Source: Octopus vulgaris
Lineage: Eukaryota
DNA length: 64,000 nt
Assembly (NCBI GenBank): GCA_951406725.2
Contig: OX597825.1
Span: 88,474,001 to 88,538,000 of the forward strand
Direction: 5' to 3'
Made by a program: the position numbers and the translations under genes. Below, one piece after another: positions 1 through 12,734 of the stretch. The stretch's first letter is position 1, and each line of letters begins with the position of its first letter. Under the pieces are notes generated by a model. The model did no database searches and was not told the DNA's origin. It worked only from the letters and a program-made list of their open reading frames with translations.

Positions 1-816
1 AACTTATGAAATTTTAAAACATCAGGGTAATATAAATCTGTTAAATAATCGTCTGGAGTTGGGAGCATATTGTATACATTCCACAACCCGAACGTTTAAA
101 TACTTTAAATAAAAATTGTGAGTATTCCTATATTTTTCAAATTTTAACTTTTTATTATAATGATAATAAGAAATATATTATGCTAGCTTTCAATTTAACT
201 TTCATAGATGACTAAAAAAACTTCACTGCAAACTTGAAATTGAATTTGTTTCTAAAATTAATCTAGCTTTAAAATTAATAAGGCTTTCCCCCAGTTAAAA
301 ATTACTATGCCTACTCATAATAATAAGTGATAGGTTGTTTCCCCTTTTTTTCTCTAAATTACACTGTCTGTGAATGGGATTGGGACCATTTGACATTGAC
401 TTAGTTTCTCTCATCAAATAGCAGTAATTGGCATTTATTAGTGGCAATTGCTGTTTTCACCATGAATTCCTTTTATGGAGTTCTGAAACCTCCTTTACCC
501 CATTTCTACAATTAAACAATCTTTATTGCTTCTAACCTTACAGCAGTTAGGAACAACCATATCTTAGTCAGTCAGTGGAAATACTTCACTACCTCATATG
601 TTCTTAAAATTTAAATCCACATCTTTGTCTGTATATCTACCTTCTCTACAATGTTGCCACTTGATTCGAAACTTTTTGTATTAATGGATAACCTCTATAA
701 TTATCTGATGAGTACTCACCATATTAAATATGTTGTATTACAACATTTAATAAAATGATGTAGTACGAAACGATCGTACCAAATTACCGGAGTCATTCTT
801 GTTGCTTATTTTGAAT
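1..816 (+). mobile_element. Possible 3' end of a Penelope-like element (degenerate EN C-terminus plus pLTR-like tail) ending in (TA)n
   Basis: Degenerate peptide EHIVYIPQPERLNTLNKNCE near 63-122 resembles the PLE GIY-YIG C-terminal LNKxxE motif; hammerhead-like motif at 698-788; ends at TA repeat ~817. Confidence 0.3.
698..788 (+). ncRNA. Type I hammerhead ribozyme-like motif (weak stem I)
   Basis: CTGATGA 705-711; stem II GTAC...GTAC enclosing ATTAAATATGTTG/CAACATTTAAT hairpin; GAAA 767-770; palindromic stem III ACGATCGT; GTA triplet 776-778; stem I imperfect. Confidence 0.55.
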
Positions 817-1938
817 ATATACATATACATGATTTGATAGCACCGTTGCCTCCTCTAGTAAGGGTGGATAGTTGCTGTCCTACACATTAGTTTAAATTGG
901 AAATTATAATCATACATATATACATGCATACAATCATGCACAAACATACACATATGTATATTGAATATATCGATCAAAACATCAAAAATACAACACAGAA
1001 GATTTAACTGCATCACGGTTATAAGTGTTGCAAAAGTTGTCTATAAGATTTGAACTATGCAACTTGAGAGAAATGCAGTTTTACTCTGTCTTTACGGAGC
1101 AGATGAAACATTTTGTATCTGAACAAAATATACGGATCAGATATGGAGAAATACTATAGCAATCACAGTGGACATCCAAACGATTAAAAGAGAGAAAGGG
1201 AGACAGAGAAAAACAGGGAGAGAATTTTGCGTGTATATAAAGGTAGGAATTGTAAATACACATAAATGTATCTATATACTGAAACACAGGCATACGTGTG
1301 CACATACATAATGCCGTACACACAATACACAAATAAAACACAAAAAAACAGAACTTCCGGATCTGAACTCCTTTTCTTTGCAAGAAAAGAAGCCAAAATG
1401 TTGAAATGGAATTCCTGCTTTGTGTGATTGTTTGGGGGAAAAGGTAATAAGTCCCCAACATCCTAATCCATTGTGTTGCACTCACCTTTCCGGTGAGATC
1501 CATTTGATCGAAAATGCTTCAACAAATATTAACAATGTTGGCCAATCAAGTAGTGGAGTGGTTACACATTTTCTTCAACTACCATATACTACGATATAAA
1601 AAAAACGAAAATTATCGGAGGCAATTCGACCGGATGGCGTGTGCCAAGTACAAAGGTTTTTCTTGCAGAGTATTGAACGACTTAAGCCATACTACTAGAA
1701 GATGCCCCAGGATCTTTTTCCTATGTCTGTGATAGAACACATCCGTAGGCGATGTCTGGACTCCATGAAATCAATCAGTTCATCATCAATCAAAAACGAT
1801 AATAATATCAGTTGGGGTTATTATTGATAATAATGCATTCACAATTTTCATGTATATATACGCTCACACATACATGCATATATGTGTGTGTGTGTGTGTG
1901 TATAAATTTCAAACAATGAGAATGAGATAATGAATGTC

Positions 1939-2017
1939 GCATTAGGGAATAAAATTTCTTTATTTTAAAGCTACCATCGATTTCATGTTATGAAAGTAAT
2001 CTTAATATCTTAACAAC
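1939..2017 (+). repeat. 79-bp direct repeat, copy 1 (copy 2 at 3237-3315)
   Basis: GCATTAGGGAATAAAATTTC...TATCTTAACAAC reads identically at both positions. Confidence 0.9.
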
Positions 2018-4237
2018 ATTTAATAAAATGATGTAGGAAAAGAATGTATAAATTATAGCAGACCGGGGTTGAGGTTCATTGCAGGTGTTTCAAACATTTT
2101 ATTTGTTGATGAACGAAAGCGTTACAAACTGCAAAAAAAGAAAACCTTTGTCCAGGTGAATAAAGAGTAAAATTTAACACTTATAATTCCCACAATAAAG
2201 AGCATAATGCACGTTCACCATAATTATATATATATATGAGAGAGTATCAAAAGATGGACACGCGCATACAAACATATATTTATGTTTATTTCACTTACGC
2301 ATTTCAATTGCCACCAATGAAATTGAAATTCCTTTTGCAACACCTTCAGTGTGTGTATGTGACTTGATTAAACGAATTCAATGCAAATTGTGAGCTTACT
2401 TTGCTTATTATGTTCAATTAAGCTAGTTCTCATCTTATTATATATGTGTCGTGTTCCTGTTTCATGCACAACAACAATTATGCAAATGTCAAGCAAAACT
2501 TCCATCCTTCTCCTCCGCTAAATACTTTTAAATATATTAAGAAGAGAGCAACCAGTCTAATAGGAAATACAACCATTTGGACGAATTTATAGTTTTGATA
2601 AATTTCCTTAGATCAACAAAACAAATAGAAACATTTGCATAAGAGTTCATGAAAATTACATGGGAAGTAGAATCGGTTCGTGAAATTGAATCCTCAAGTA
2701 TTAATAAACACAGGATTTTCCTAGGATTGTTCTCACTAAACCGTCAATAAAGCTGGAGGCCTCAATCATAAATAATTCATAAAATTCATATGTATTTTCA
2801 CTCAAGTGGTTGTGTGTGAAGATGCAAATAATGTCCTTTTCTATGTATTTGTACGAGGTCATTAATAGCATATAATGTTTCGCAAGTCTTTGCAAAATTA
2901 CCCCGAAATAAACTTTTCTGTTCTACCAGTGTTAGATTTCTGTGAGGCAGTTCGCTGGATGGCGAAGTTACACAAGTACTTTCACCAAAGTATAAATATC
3001 ATGCTAACAATTGTTACTCTAAATTTAGTTTGTTAATACTCAGGTATCTGTAATTACTGCTGTCACAAACATATATACTCACTTATATATACATATTACT
3101 ATAATAGTTCATTTATATAACTTACTTGTAAATACTACTTCATACATCGTCAGATATATATAAAGACGTTTCTTTTTCTAACTTTTGCTGCTTAATTATC
3201 GTTATTCACACATCAGTATAAGTAATTTATGAATCTGCATTAGGGAATAAAATTTCTTTATTTTAAAGCTACCATCGATTTCATGTTATGAAAGTAATCT
3301 TAATATCTTAACAACTTTTGAAGCCAATCGCACGCAGGGATGTAGGAATAAATAATTCCTGCCATTTCAGAATCCCTACATTATAGTAAACATGTTGTTA
3401 AATTCTGCAATTCATTATCGAAAATAGAATTCAATCCTATTACATATCTTATAGCAGATTAAATTCGTGTGTCTAAATTACTTTAACTTTGTAAGGTTGC
3501 AAACAGACTATATAATAACATCTTTTGAATGTCGAATATAACAGTGCATGTTGATTGTTTTAAACTAGGTATCAGCTGGTGCATTTCGCTCAGGAGTTGG
3601 AGAGATATTTTAGACTACCATAACGTTTCGAAGTTACTAATGATGCAATACTTCATACGGACACTATAAAAATTTTAATTCCCGAAATTAAACTTATGGA
3701 TCTATCAGTTTATTTCCTTTGAAATGCAGAAATATAACCTATTTAATATAGTACTTGCAATGCGCTTCTGCACTCAGAATTTACGCCGGTTATCTATATT
3801 TCGAACGTGCATAAAATATTTCATTTGCCTTTCTATATACATTTCCCTCGGAATGTTACTTGGGATTTTGAAATCAAGATTTCTTGACAGAAATTATGCA
3901 AAAAATTAATCAGTTTGCATCAACTAAAATAAATAGCATTTTGCCTAATCTCTCGTGATCTGTTGCTGAAATCACTGAACCATATTGAGAGGAAGATACC
4001 GATATTCTTTATGAAATACTGCAATGCCAGTTCTATTTAAACTTGCCAATTTTCGGCAATATGAGGAATCATTGAGCTATCTTTTGCGATGATATTTTCC
4101 CATATAAAAGAAACGGAGAATATGAAGATTTTACGAATATACAAATAGTTTGAAGAATTTCATAATGAGTTCATTATTGTTTACATCTATTAAAAATGCA
4201 ATATTAGCCTTAAAACAACTAACAATAGATAACAACA

Positions 4238-4271
<34 letters not shown>

Positions 4272-4665
4272 ATACACACACACACACATACACGCACACA
4301 CAGACAACTTCAGCTTTATATATAGAGAGTTTATTTGAAATGTAAATTCATTTACTGAAATGTGAGAATTGCATACGAATCTGAGATGGAGAACTATATA
4401 TGATTGTGTACTGAATTTGATCTGATTGAACTGCTCAGATCGCAGTCTTGTTCGATAGTGAGGAAAACAAGGCGTTATATGCGTCATATATATATATATA
4501 ATTTAGTTAATTTTATGTATTGGCTTATGTTTTTCATTGTTTGATTTACCTAATAGTGGTTTTATCTCTAATTTAATATAATGTAATATATTTATACTAT
4601 AAAATTGGAATTAATCCTAAATCTGATTTTTCCTTGAAGTTTGGATTTATTCCCTAATATTTTAT

Positions 4666-5198
<533 letters not shown>

Positions 5199-5698
5199 CA
5201 TTACCAGAAGACCGCTGCCACGGGGAGGAAATCATTGACAGAGTCGAAAGACTTGCAAAGATGCATGAATCTCAAACATGGTTATTCTTTCTCATGGAAT
5301 TTATGAATAGAGAAGCTGACTGGCCAACAAATGGAATTTGTTGCAAATGGAATTCCTTGCAAAAAATTAATCAGTTTGCATCAACTAAAATAAATAGCAT
5401 TTTGCCTAATCTCTCGTGATCTGTTGCTGAAATCACTGAACCATATTGAGAGGAAGATACCGATATTCTTTATGAAATACTGCAATGCCAGTTCTATTTA
5501 AACTTGCCAATTTTCGGCAATATGAGGAATCATTGAGCTATCTTTTGCGATGATATTTTCCCATATAAAAGAAACGGAGAATATGAAGATTTTACGAATA
5601 TACAAATAGTTTGAAGAATTTCATAATGAGTTCATTATTGTTTACATCTATTAAAAATGCAATATTAGCCTTAAAACAACTAACAATAGATAACAACA

Positions 5699-5739
<41 letters not shown>

Positions 5740-6129
5740 ACACACACACACATACACGCACACACAGACAACTTCAGCTTTATATATAGAGAGTTTATTT
5801 GAAATGTAAATTCATTTACTGAAATGTGAGAATTGCATACGAATCTGAGATGGAGAACTATATATGATTGTGTACTGAATTTGATCTGATTGAACTGCTC
5901 AGATCGCAGTCTTGTTCGATAGTGAGGAAAACAAGGCGTTATATGCGTCATATATATATATATAATTTAGTTAATTTTATGTATTGGCTTATGTTTTTCA
6001 TTGTTTGATTTACCTAATAGTGGTTTTATCTCTAATTTAATATAATGTAATATATTTATACTATAAAATTGGAATTAATCCTAAATCTGATTTTTCCTTG
6101 AAGTTTGGATTTATTCCCTAATATTTTAT

Positions 6130-6170
<41 letters not shown>

Positions 6171-6174
<4 letters not shown>

Positions 6175-6549
6175 CTGAAGTTCTCTGTGTGTAGCAGGTT
6201 TGGTAGCCTTCAACTAACACGATCTCCTCCGAGACCCTGCGGCGCAAGTTGACCAAAATTGAGAGTATGATAGAAGGCTTGCTCTTCCTTCCGTAGAAGA
6301 AAAAATTCAGATCGGACCATGTTAAGACCAAAAATTATTTACATCTAAAAGTTGCTTTTTTTCTATGAAAATCCCTATTTTGTACGATTTTTTGACTGCT
6401 GTGTTGCCATTTGTCGGTGTAATACAACCAGAAAAAATGTTCACTTAAAGAGAATAACAAGCTACATAATGCAAAATTATTACGTTTTAAAAATTCAAAT
6501 TGTAAAGAGTCGAAAAGAAAACAAACCCGAGCAACGCCGGGCTACACTG

Positions 6550-6553
<4 letters not shown>
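6171..6553 (+). mobile_element. Non-autonomous Helitron (copy 2, inside tandem duplication)
   Basis: Same sequence as 4707-5089. Confidence 0.7.
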
Positions 6554-6601
<48 letters not shown>

Positions 6602-6602
6602 C

Positions 6603-6678
<76 letters not shown>

Positions 6679-7744
6679 CATTACCAGAAGACCGCTGCCA
6701 CGGGGGAGGAAATCATTGACAGAGTCGAAAGACTTGCAAAGATGCATGAATCTCAAACATGGTTATTCTTTCTCATGGAATTTATGAATAGAGAAGCTGA
6801 CTGGCCAACAAATGGAATTTGTTGCAAATGGAATTCCTTGAAAACATAATCATTTAAAAACAACACTTAAAAATAGAGAGAGATTATATAGAGACGTATT
6901 AATATCTCACTTCGACAATACTGTGGAGATGGTTGATTCACTATAATTTTACGGTATGTTACTGTACGACGAAGAGAATATTACGACTAACAGAATATTA
7001 ACACGGTTAGGTCTCAATTTTCGAGTATTGACGCTTTATAGAGGCCTATTTTAATAAAATATATTTGCATATGAACTCGTGTATATGTCCATTGTATATC
7101 GTTATACTCTAAACTACTTGGAAAATATTCTGCGTGGGATTTCCCGCCGGAGTTAAGTCAAAATACAAAGAGAAATTTGCATTAAATATTATGTATTAGA
7201 AAGCTGAATTACGGCAATGATGTCTTGGGAGGTGTGACAAATGTCATAGAGATACGAAACCATGAGTAATCATGCGGTACGATGTCATTTGATCTATAAA
7301 CACAACGATCATTGAATGTGTTTCCATTCGATTCTTATATTTGTCTATTATTTCTTTATACTAAGCATTTATATGAACACAATAAGCAGTAATCTATTCA
7401 CAGATACACTCACATAGAAACGCTCAAGAGATTAAATGTTCTTTTTCCAATATAGTATCTGATGATTACTACTATACATCTAAGAAGCTGATTTACCAAC
7501 ATTTTGTTCCAGATTGAATGGGACGACTCTATCACACACGCTCGCACGTACGCACATCGGCGACGTTCATTAATTTCTTGAAAATGGGGTCATAACCTCG
7601 AAATATTGAATACAAGGTAAGTCTACACTAATTCACATATTTGTTTTCTTGTGATTTTCCTTGCATTTAGTTTGAATTGTTTTGGCCTTAACCACGATCT
7701 TTTATACAATATATTCTACACAATGCTTCATAGTAATTATTCCA

Positions 7745-7803
<59 letters not shown>

Positions 7804-7808
7804 TAAAG

Positions 7809-7928
7809 AGGACAACAAACGCTCGGACAAGACAAACATCTCAAGCGTTATCATTATTAGATTTTTTTTTATAATGATAACGTATATATGACTCGAGATA
7901 TTTGTCTTGCCTCAGTGTTTGTTGTCCT
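7809..7928. repeat. Imperfect inverted repeat next to TA/TG microsatellite
   Basis: AGGACAACAAAC..CAAGACAAA..ATCTC..CGTTATCATTAT pairs with ATAATGATAACG..GAGAT..TTTGTCTTG..GTTTGTTGTCCT. Confidence 0.75.
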
Positions 7929-8094
7929 TCTCACCAAATATCCGCTATATCGGATATCTACAATGGTCTCATGACTCAAGTTACGGCCATAAGCCTGCAG
8001 CCCTAGTAATCCGTTGCAGCATTTATACAGTGTACCTTGTCGACTAGTTCACCCGCCATCTAAACCACCATATGTATATATGCATATGTATCTA

Positions 8095-8173
<79 letters not shown>

Positions 8174-8322
8174 ATGTGTGTGTGTATGTGTGTGTGTGTG
8201 CGTGCGTGTATATTTACATACAAATACACGCATATGCATATGTGAGCATATATACATACATAGACATATACACATATGCGCACATATATACATGGAGTCA
8301 TATATAAATATCTACATATGTG

Positions 8323-8393
<71 letters not shown>

Positions 8394-8412
8394 ACAATTA
8401 TTCGGTAGCCAT

Positions 8413-8473
8413 GATAAAACTCCGAGTTTCGGATGTCGGGGCGGAAACCCACGCCGGCATCTCTTCAGTTATC
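8413..8473 (-). ncRNA. Type I hammerhead ribozyme motif
   Basis: Minus strand: GATAA-CTGAAGA-[GATGCCGG...CCGACATC C]-GAAA-CTCGGAG-TT-TTATC; stem I GATAA/TTATC, stem III CTC/GAG, GUU site. Confidence 0.75.
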
Positions 8474-8499
8474 GGGTCATTGAAAAAATGGTATGGCTC

Positions 8500-8560
8500 G
8501 ATAACTGAAGAGATGCCGGCGTGGGTTTCCGCCCCGACATCCGAAACTCTGTGTTTTATC
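8500..8560 (+). ncRNA. Type I hammerhead ribozyme motif (stem III partly mutated)
   Basis: GATAA 8500-8504, CTGAAGA 8505-8511, GAAA 8543-8546, GTT 8553-8555, TTATC 8556-8560. Confidence 0.65.
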
Positions 8561-8676
8561 ATGGCTACCAAATAATTGTCACATATTATATTTACACATA
8601 ACTTCCTCAATTTACATAATATCGAGGTCTCTTTTATTCTTTTGTTGTCTTGCCATTTCTATCAATACGTTTCTAT

Positions 8677-8725
<49 letters not shown>

Positions 8726-8728
<3 letters not shown>

Positions 8729-9120
8729 TCTTTTACTTGTTTCAGTCATTTGACTGCGGCCATACTGGAGCACCGCCTTTAGTCGAGCAAATCGACCCCG
8801 GGACTTATTCTTTGTAAACCCAGTACTTATTCTATCGGTCTCTTTTGCCGAACCGCTAAGTGACGGTGACGTAAACACACCAGCATCTGTTGTCAAGCGA
8901 TGTTGGGGGGACAAACACAGACACACACACGTACGTATATATATATATACATATATACGACAGGCTTCTTTCAGTTTCCGTCTACCAAATCCACTCACAA
9001 GGCATTGGTCGGCTCGGGGCTATAGCAGGAAACACTTGCCCAAGATGCCACGCAGTGGGACTGAACCCGGAACCATATGGTTTTTTAGCAAGCTACTTAC
9101 CACACAGCCACTCCTGCGCC
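8726..9120 (-). mobile_element. tRNA-headed SINE family A (octopus OR/OK-type), full length with internal CA/TA microsatellite
   Basis: Minus strand starts GGCGCAGGAGTGGCTGTGTGG (A box) ... GGTTCAGTCCC (B box); tail ...GACTGAAACAAGTAAAAGAG; homologous copies at 33635-34010 and 43744-44140. Confidence 0.85.
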
Positions 9121-9275
9121 TATGTTTCTCGATAAATTACGAGCGCCAGGCGATATACCAGAATTCCCTAGTTTTGTCGGGACGTTCGGAGTCTGCGTAG
9201 TGATATGATTAGTTAGGGAGAGTAAATCATTAGAAGCACATGCTGCTAGTGAGTTAGGATCCCAGAAAGACAGGG

Positions 9276-9347
9276 TCTCACTGAAGAATTCTCCCTGAGC
9301 AAATAAATTATCTTTATTGCTGAAAAGAAAGAAACTGCAGTCTGAGA
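9276..9347 (+). ncRNA. Type I hammerhead ribozyme motif
   Basis: TCTCA-CTGAAGA(9281-9287)-[long stem II with AGCAA..TTGCT]-GAAA(9331-9334)-CTGCA-GTC-TGAGA; stem I TCTCA/TGAGA, palindromic stem III ACTGCAGT, GUC site; 10.1-11.1 is an A.A mismatch. Confidence 0.7.
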
Positions 9348-9510
9348 ATTACCGGTTTAGTAAATGTTTTTATCTTCATTTCACTTAATTTATCAAGCTT
9401 CTGTATTCCTAGCACATATTTCGCCTTAATGTACTGATATATGAAAAATATATGGCTTGTGTTAGTAATACCAGCGATTATAATTATTTTTATTTTATCG
9501 CAATTTGATT

Positions 9511-9583
<73 letters not shown>

Positions 9584-10010
9584 ATATATATATCTGTGTG
9601 AGTGAATGTTTCTGATTCGATAAGAATTATTCTACATTGAAGTTGAGGCATACAATTATAGCGAGATGGTCAATAGAATCCATTTGGTGTGAAAGTGCGG
9701 ATTTTGGCAGATACACGGAGTAATCATTCTGATTTTATTGATGTTGATTGGCCTAAATAGCCATTGAGTCTCAACTAATGTTCTATTATTCTTTGTTTAC
9801 ATCTTCAGAAATAAACGAATGTTTTTTGATGATCTTTCCAAGTACTTGTGCACTCTAGCCCACGCACACACGCGGACATACTTCTGCAAATACACAGACA
9901 CACACACAAAGACAGAAACACATACACACATACACTACACTCACAAGCACACAGATATATCAGAAGAGGTATGGAGACCCCTTCTTTCAGGCAGACGTGT
10001 TTGTGTGCGA

Positions 10011-10011
<1 letters not shown>

Positions 10012-10100
<89 letters not shown>

Positions 10101-10175
10101 CATATATATATATATATGCATATATATATATATATATATTGCATATATATATGTATATATATGTGGATATATATA

Positions 10176-10215
<40 letters not shown>

Positions 10216-10318
10216 TATATGCATATATATATATATGCATTTATATAAATATATATACATATATATACATATATATACATATATATAAATATATATACAT
10301 ATATATAAATATATATAC

Positions 10319-10355
<37 letters not shown>

Positions 10356-10400
10356 CACTCACAGAAATACATACATATATGTATATACATATATATAAAC
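10012..10400. repeat. Compound (TA)n microsatellite
   Basis: Long TA run with CA/GC interruptions. Confidence 0.95.
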
Positions 10401-10432
10401 AAAAATAAATATATGTGTGTGTATGTGTGTAT

Positions 10433-10588
10433 CTTTTAGCTTTACTTGTTTTAGTCGTTTGGCCATCGCCATGTTGGAGCACTACCCTGAGAGGTTTTAG
10501 ACGAAATGATTGACGCCAGGGGTTACTTTTTTAAAGCCTAGTACCGGGTCGTAAACAAACCACCACCTGTTTTCAACTGACAAATACA

Positions 10589-10590
<2 letters not shown>
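10433..10590 (-). mobile_element. SINE family A, degenerate 3' part
   Basis: TTTACTTGTTTTAGTCGTTTGG..GCCATGTTGGAGCAC matches tail of 8726-9120. Confidence 0.65.
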
Positions 10591-10641
<51 letters not shown>

Positions 10642-10648
10642 CTCTCTA

Positions 10649-10707
10649 TCACATTAGCTCTCTATCAGCACTCCCTAAGTAGACCATACTAGATATATAT
10701 AATATAG

Positions 10708-10740
<33 letters not shown>

Positions 10741-10796
10741 TATCTGTTTAAGAAAGTATGGTCTATTTAGGGAGTGCTGATAGAGAGCTAATGTGA
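10649..10796. repeat. 42-bp inverted repeat bracketing a TA microsatellite
   Basis: TCACATTAGCTCTCTATCAGCACTCCCTAAGTAGACCATACT (10649-10690) vs AGTATGGTCTATTTAGGGAGTGCTGATAGAGAGCTAATGTGA (10755-10796), one mismatch. Confidence 0.9.
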
Positions 10797-12584
10797 AAAG
10801 ATACCACGTAGAGGAAATTGAAACTGCGAATCATAAGCAGGTTCCCGGACGCATAAACGAAGATATTCAATCAATGTAATTGAATCATATATATTTAGGA
10901 TACATCTACATAAATCATGCATGTGCAGGCGTAAAGGGGATGAAGAATAAAATCAAATATACATAAAAATATATGAAAATATATAAGAATACTTATAAAA
11001 TTACATAAAATTAAAGATTACATGTAAAGAGTTATGCCTGATAGATATAGGCGGTGCCAAATGAATGAGAAGTTGATAAATATAGGAATAAAAACACGAA
11101 CCTTCAAAATGGCAAACGCCTAAATTGTGTAAAGATTCCATATTATTCTATCTATCTATCTACCCATCAACACACACACCCACATTCTGGACGGTTTCGT
11201 TCCCCCAGTGGTTATCGATCACCATCAACGTTCCAAGCATATCTCCAGATTCCTTATCGAAAGGCATCGCATACCTTTGTCTCCATACCTATGAATAGAC
11301 CTCACCAAATTGAGAAAATGCAGTCAAACCGACCAAGTATCACCCATTTTGTTTTACATTTCACAGAGTCCATGAAGATATTTTTCTTTTATGTTGTTTC
11401 TGCCACACTCATGAATGAACCATCCTGTGTTTCCGTCTCTCGTGCGTATTTTGCTGCTTGCTCTCATTCCTATATCATATGTGTACCTGGTAATACCTTG
11501 CTAAACAAGTTACAGAAACTTGAAAGACTGCCTTCCTTGGAAACATATGCTCCAGCAGTGCCTAACTTCAGTCATTCCATCCGAACCCCACAGTAGTGGC
11601 TGATGTTGGAAGAAAAACTTACACAATTCTGAGGAATAATTGGAGTTTTGTATAAGAGTGTTTCCTATCATCGTCAAAAGAAATGACTAAATATAGCATA
11701 CTTCCCCATTTATGACTGCAAGTAGGGCAACACACGGAATTTTAGTCCGAGGTAACGGACGTGTCAAAGTATTGTACTATTAATACTTCTAGGAATTGCT
11801 GATCATTTGAAGAAACAAACCGTGTTTATGTGAAATCAGTATTTATGCAAGACACTTATTGATGTCTCGAGTGAAAATATGAAATTCGTCGTTTTCACGA
11901 AAACGTGACTGATGAGTTTCTGCGTGATTACATTGGTGATTTAGCCCGGATGATAAGCAGAGTGTATTTGTTCTAGAATCTTCGTGGAAGAGTATAATAG
12001 TGTTAGGTTCCAGCTGACTTCCTTCAAATATTGTTGATTCTATACATTCTAATAAACTGCATGTCAGTTAAGTTCTTTATATTAGATTCGACATTTAAAT
12101 AGTGAAAAAACTGGAAAAAAGAGCGCAAAACATATTGTGCAGCACTTTACAATTTCCTTCAACTCTCCATTGGTATTTTTCTTCACCAGAAGGATGAAAA
12201 CAAATGTTGCTATTCACAAGATTTGATACTAGGTTGTGTTGTAGTTGCAACTTTCCGTGGAATAATTTTGGTCGATGTCAATAATTCTGCCAGTTTATTT
12301 ATGTCATTAGCAATTTACAGGTTTCCGACCAATTTCTTCCAATTTTTGCCCGTTGGCCGCATTGTAAAAGTTCAAGTTAAATACATGCTAATTACGTATA
12401 GAGTTTGACTACAATGAAGGCTGTAGCAACTTTGCGTTAGAATACATTTCGATATTTCCAGTGGGGAAATTCTAAAATGTGAAGCATATGCGTATTTCAA
12501 ACACTGTAGGTGTAATTTTAATTAGCTATTATTGATTGACAAATGAATTATGTTAGCACTCATACCACAATATATGTGTTTCGT

Positions 12585-12734
12585 TATTACCAAAAAGAGG
12601 CTAAACATAGAGGGGACAGAGAAGGACAAACAAACGAATTAAGTCGATTACATCGACCCCAATGCGTAACTGGTACTTAATTTATCGACCCCGAAATGAT
12701 GAAAGGCAAAGTCGACCTCGGCGGAATTTGAACT
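12585..12734 (-). mobile_element. SINE family B (Meta-domain type), 5'-truncated
   Basis: Reverse complement of GAGTTCAAATTCCGCCGAGGTCGACTTTGCCTTTCATC..GGGGTCGATAAATTAAGTACCAG. Confidence 0.8.

Larger units (their letters stand above)
8391..8582. mobile_element. Palindromic element (~90-bp arms, 12-bp spacer) with two outward-facing hammerhead motifs, inserted at (TA)n
   Basis: Arms 8391-8480 and 8493-8582 are near-perfect reverse complements; the peptide RVSDVGAETHAGISSVI appears on both strands in the ORF track. Confidence 0.85.

Noticed and set aside
1560-1670. Minus-strand IASDNFRFF resembling mariner IAPSDFHLF
   Set aside because: Single short degenerate motif without supporting context
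3262-3325. Minus-strand TGTTA...TAACA-TGAAATCGAT hammerhead-like half
   Set aside because: Catalytic 5' core missing and no NUH site
3615-3665. Minus-strand GAAACGTT with a possible stem II
   Set aside because: No acceptable CUGANGA core or stem I
8990-9120. tRNA gene suggested by A and B boxes
   Set aside because: Boxes belong to SINE heads; no cloverleaf, and sequence continues into SINE body
9805-10482. Long ORFs rich in YI/IY/HT/CV (also 14302-14994, 30460-31246, 46239-46994 and many others)
   Set aside because: Translations of TA/CA/GATA microsatellites that lack stop codons; no coding signal
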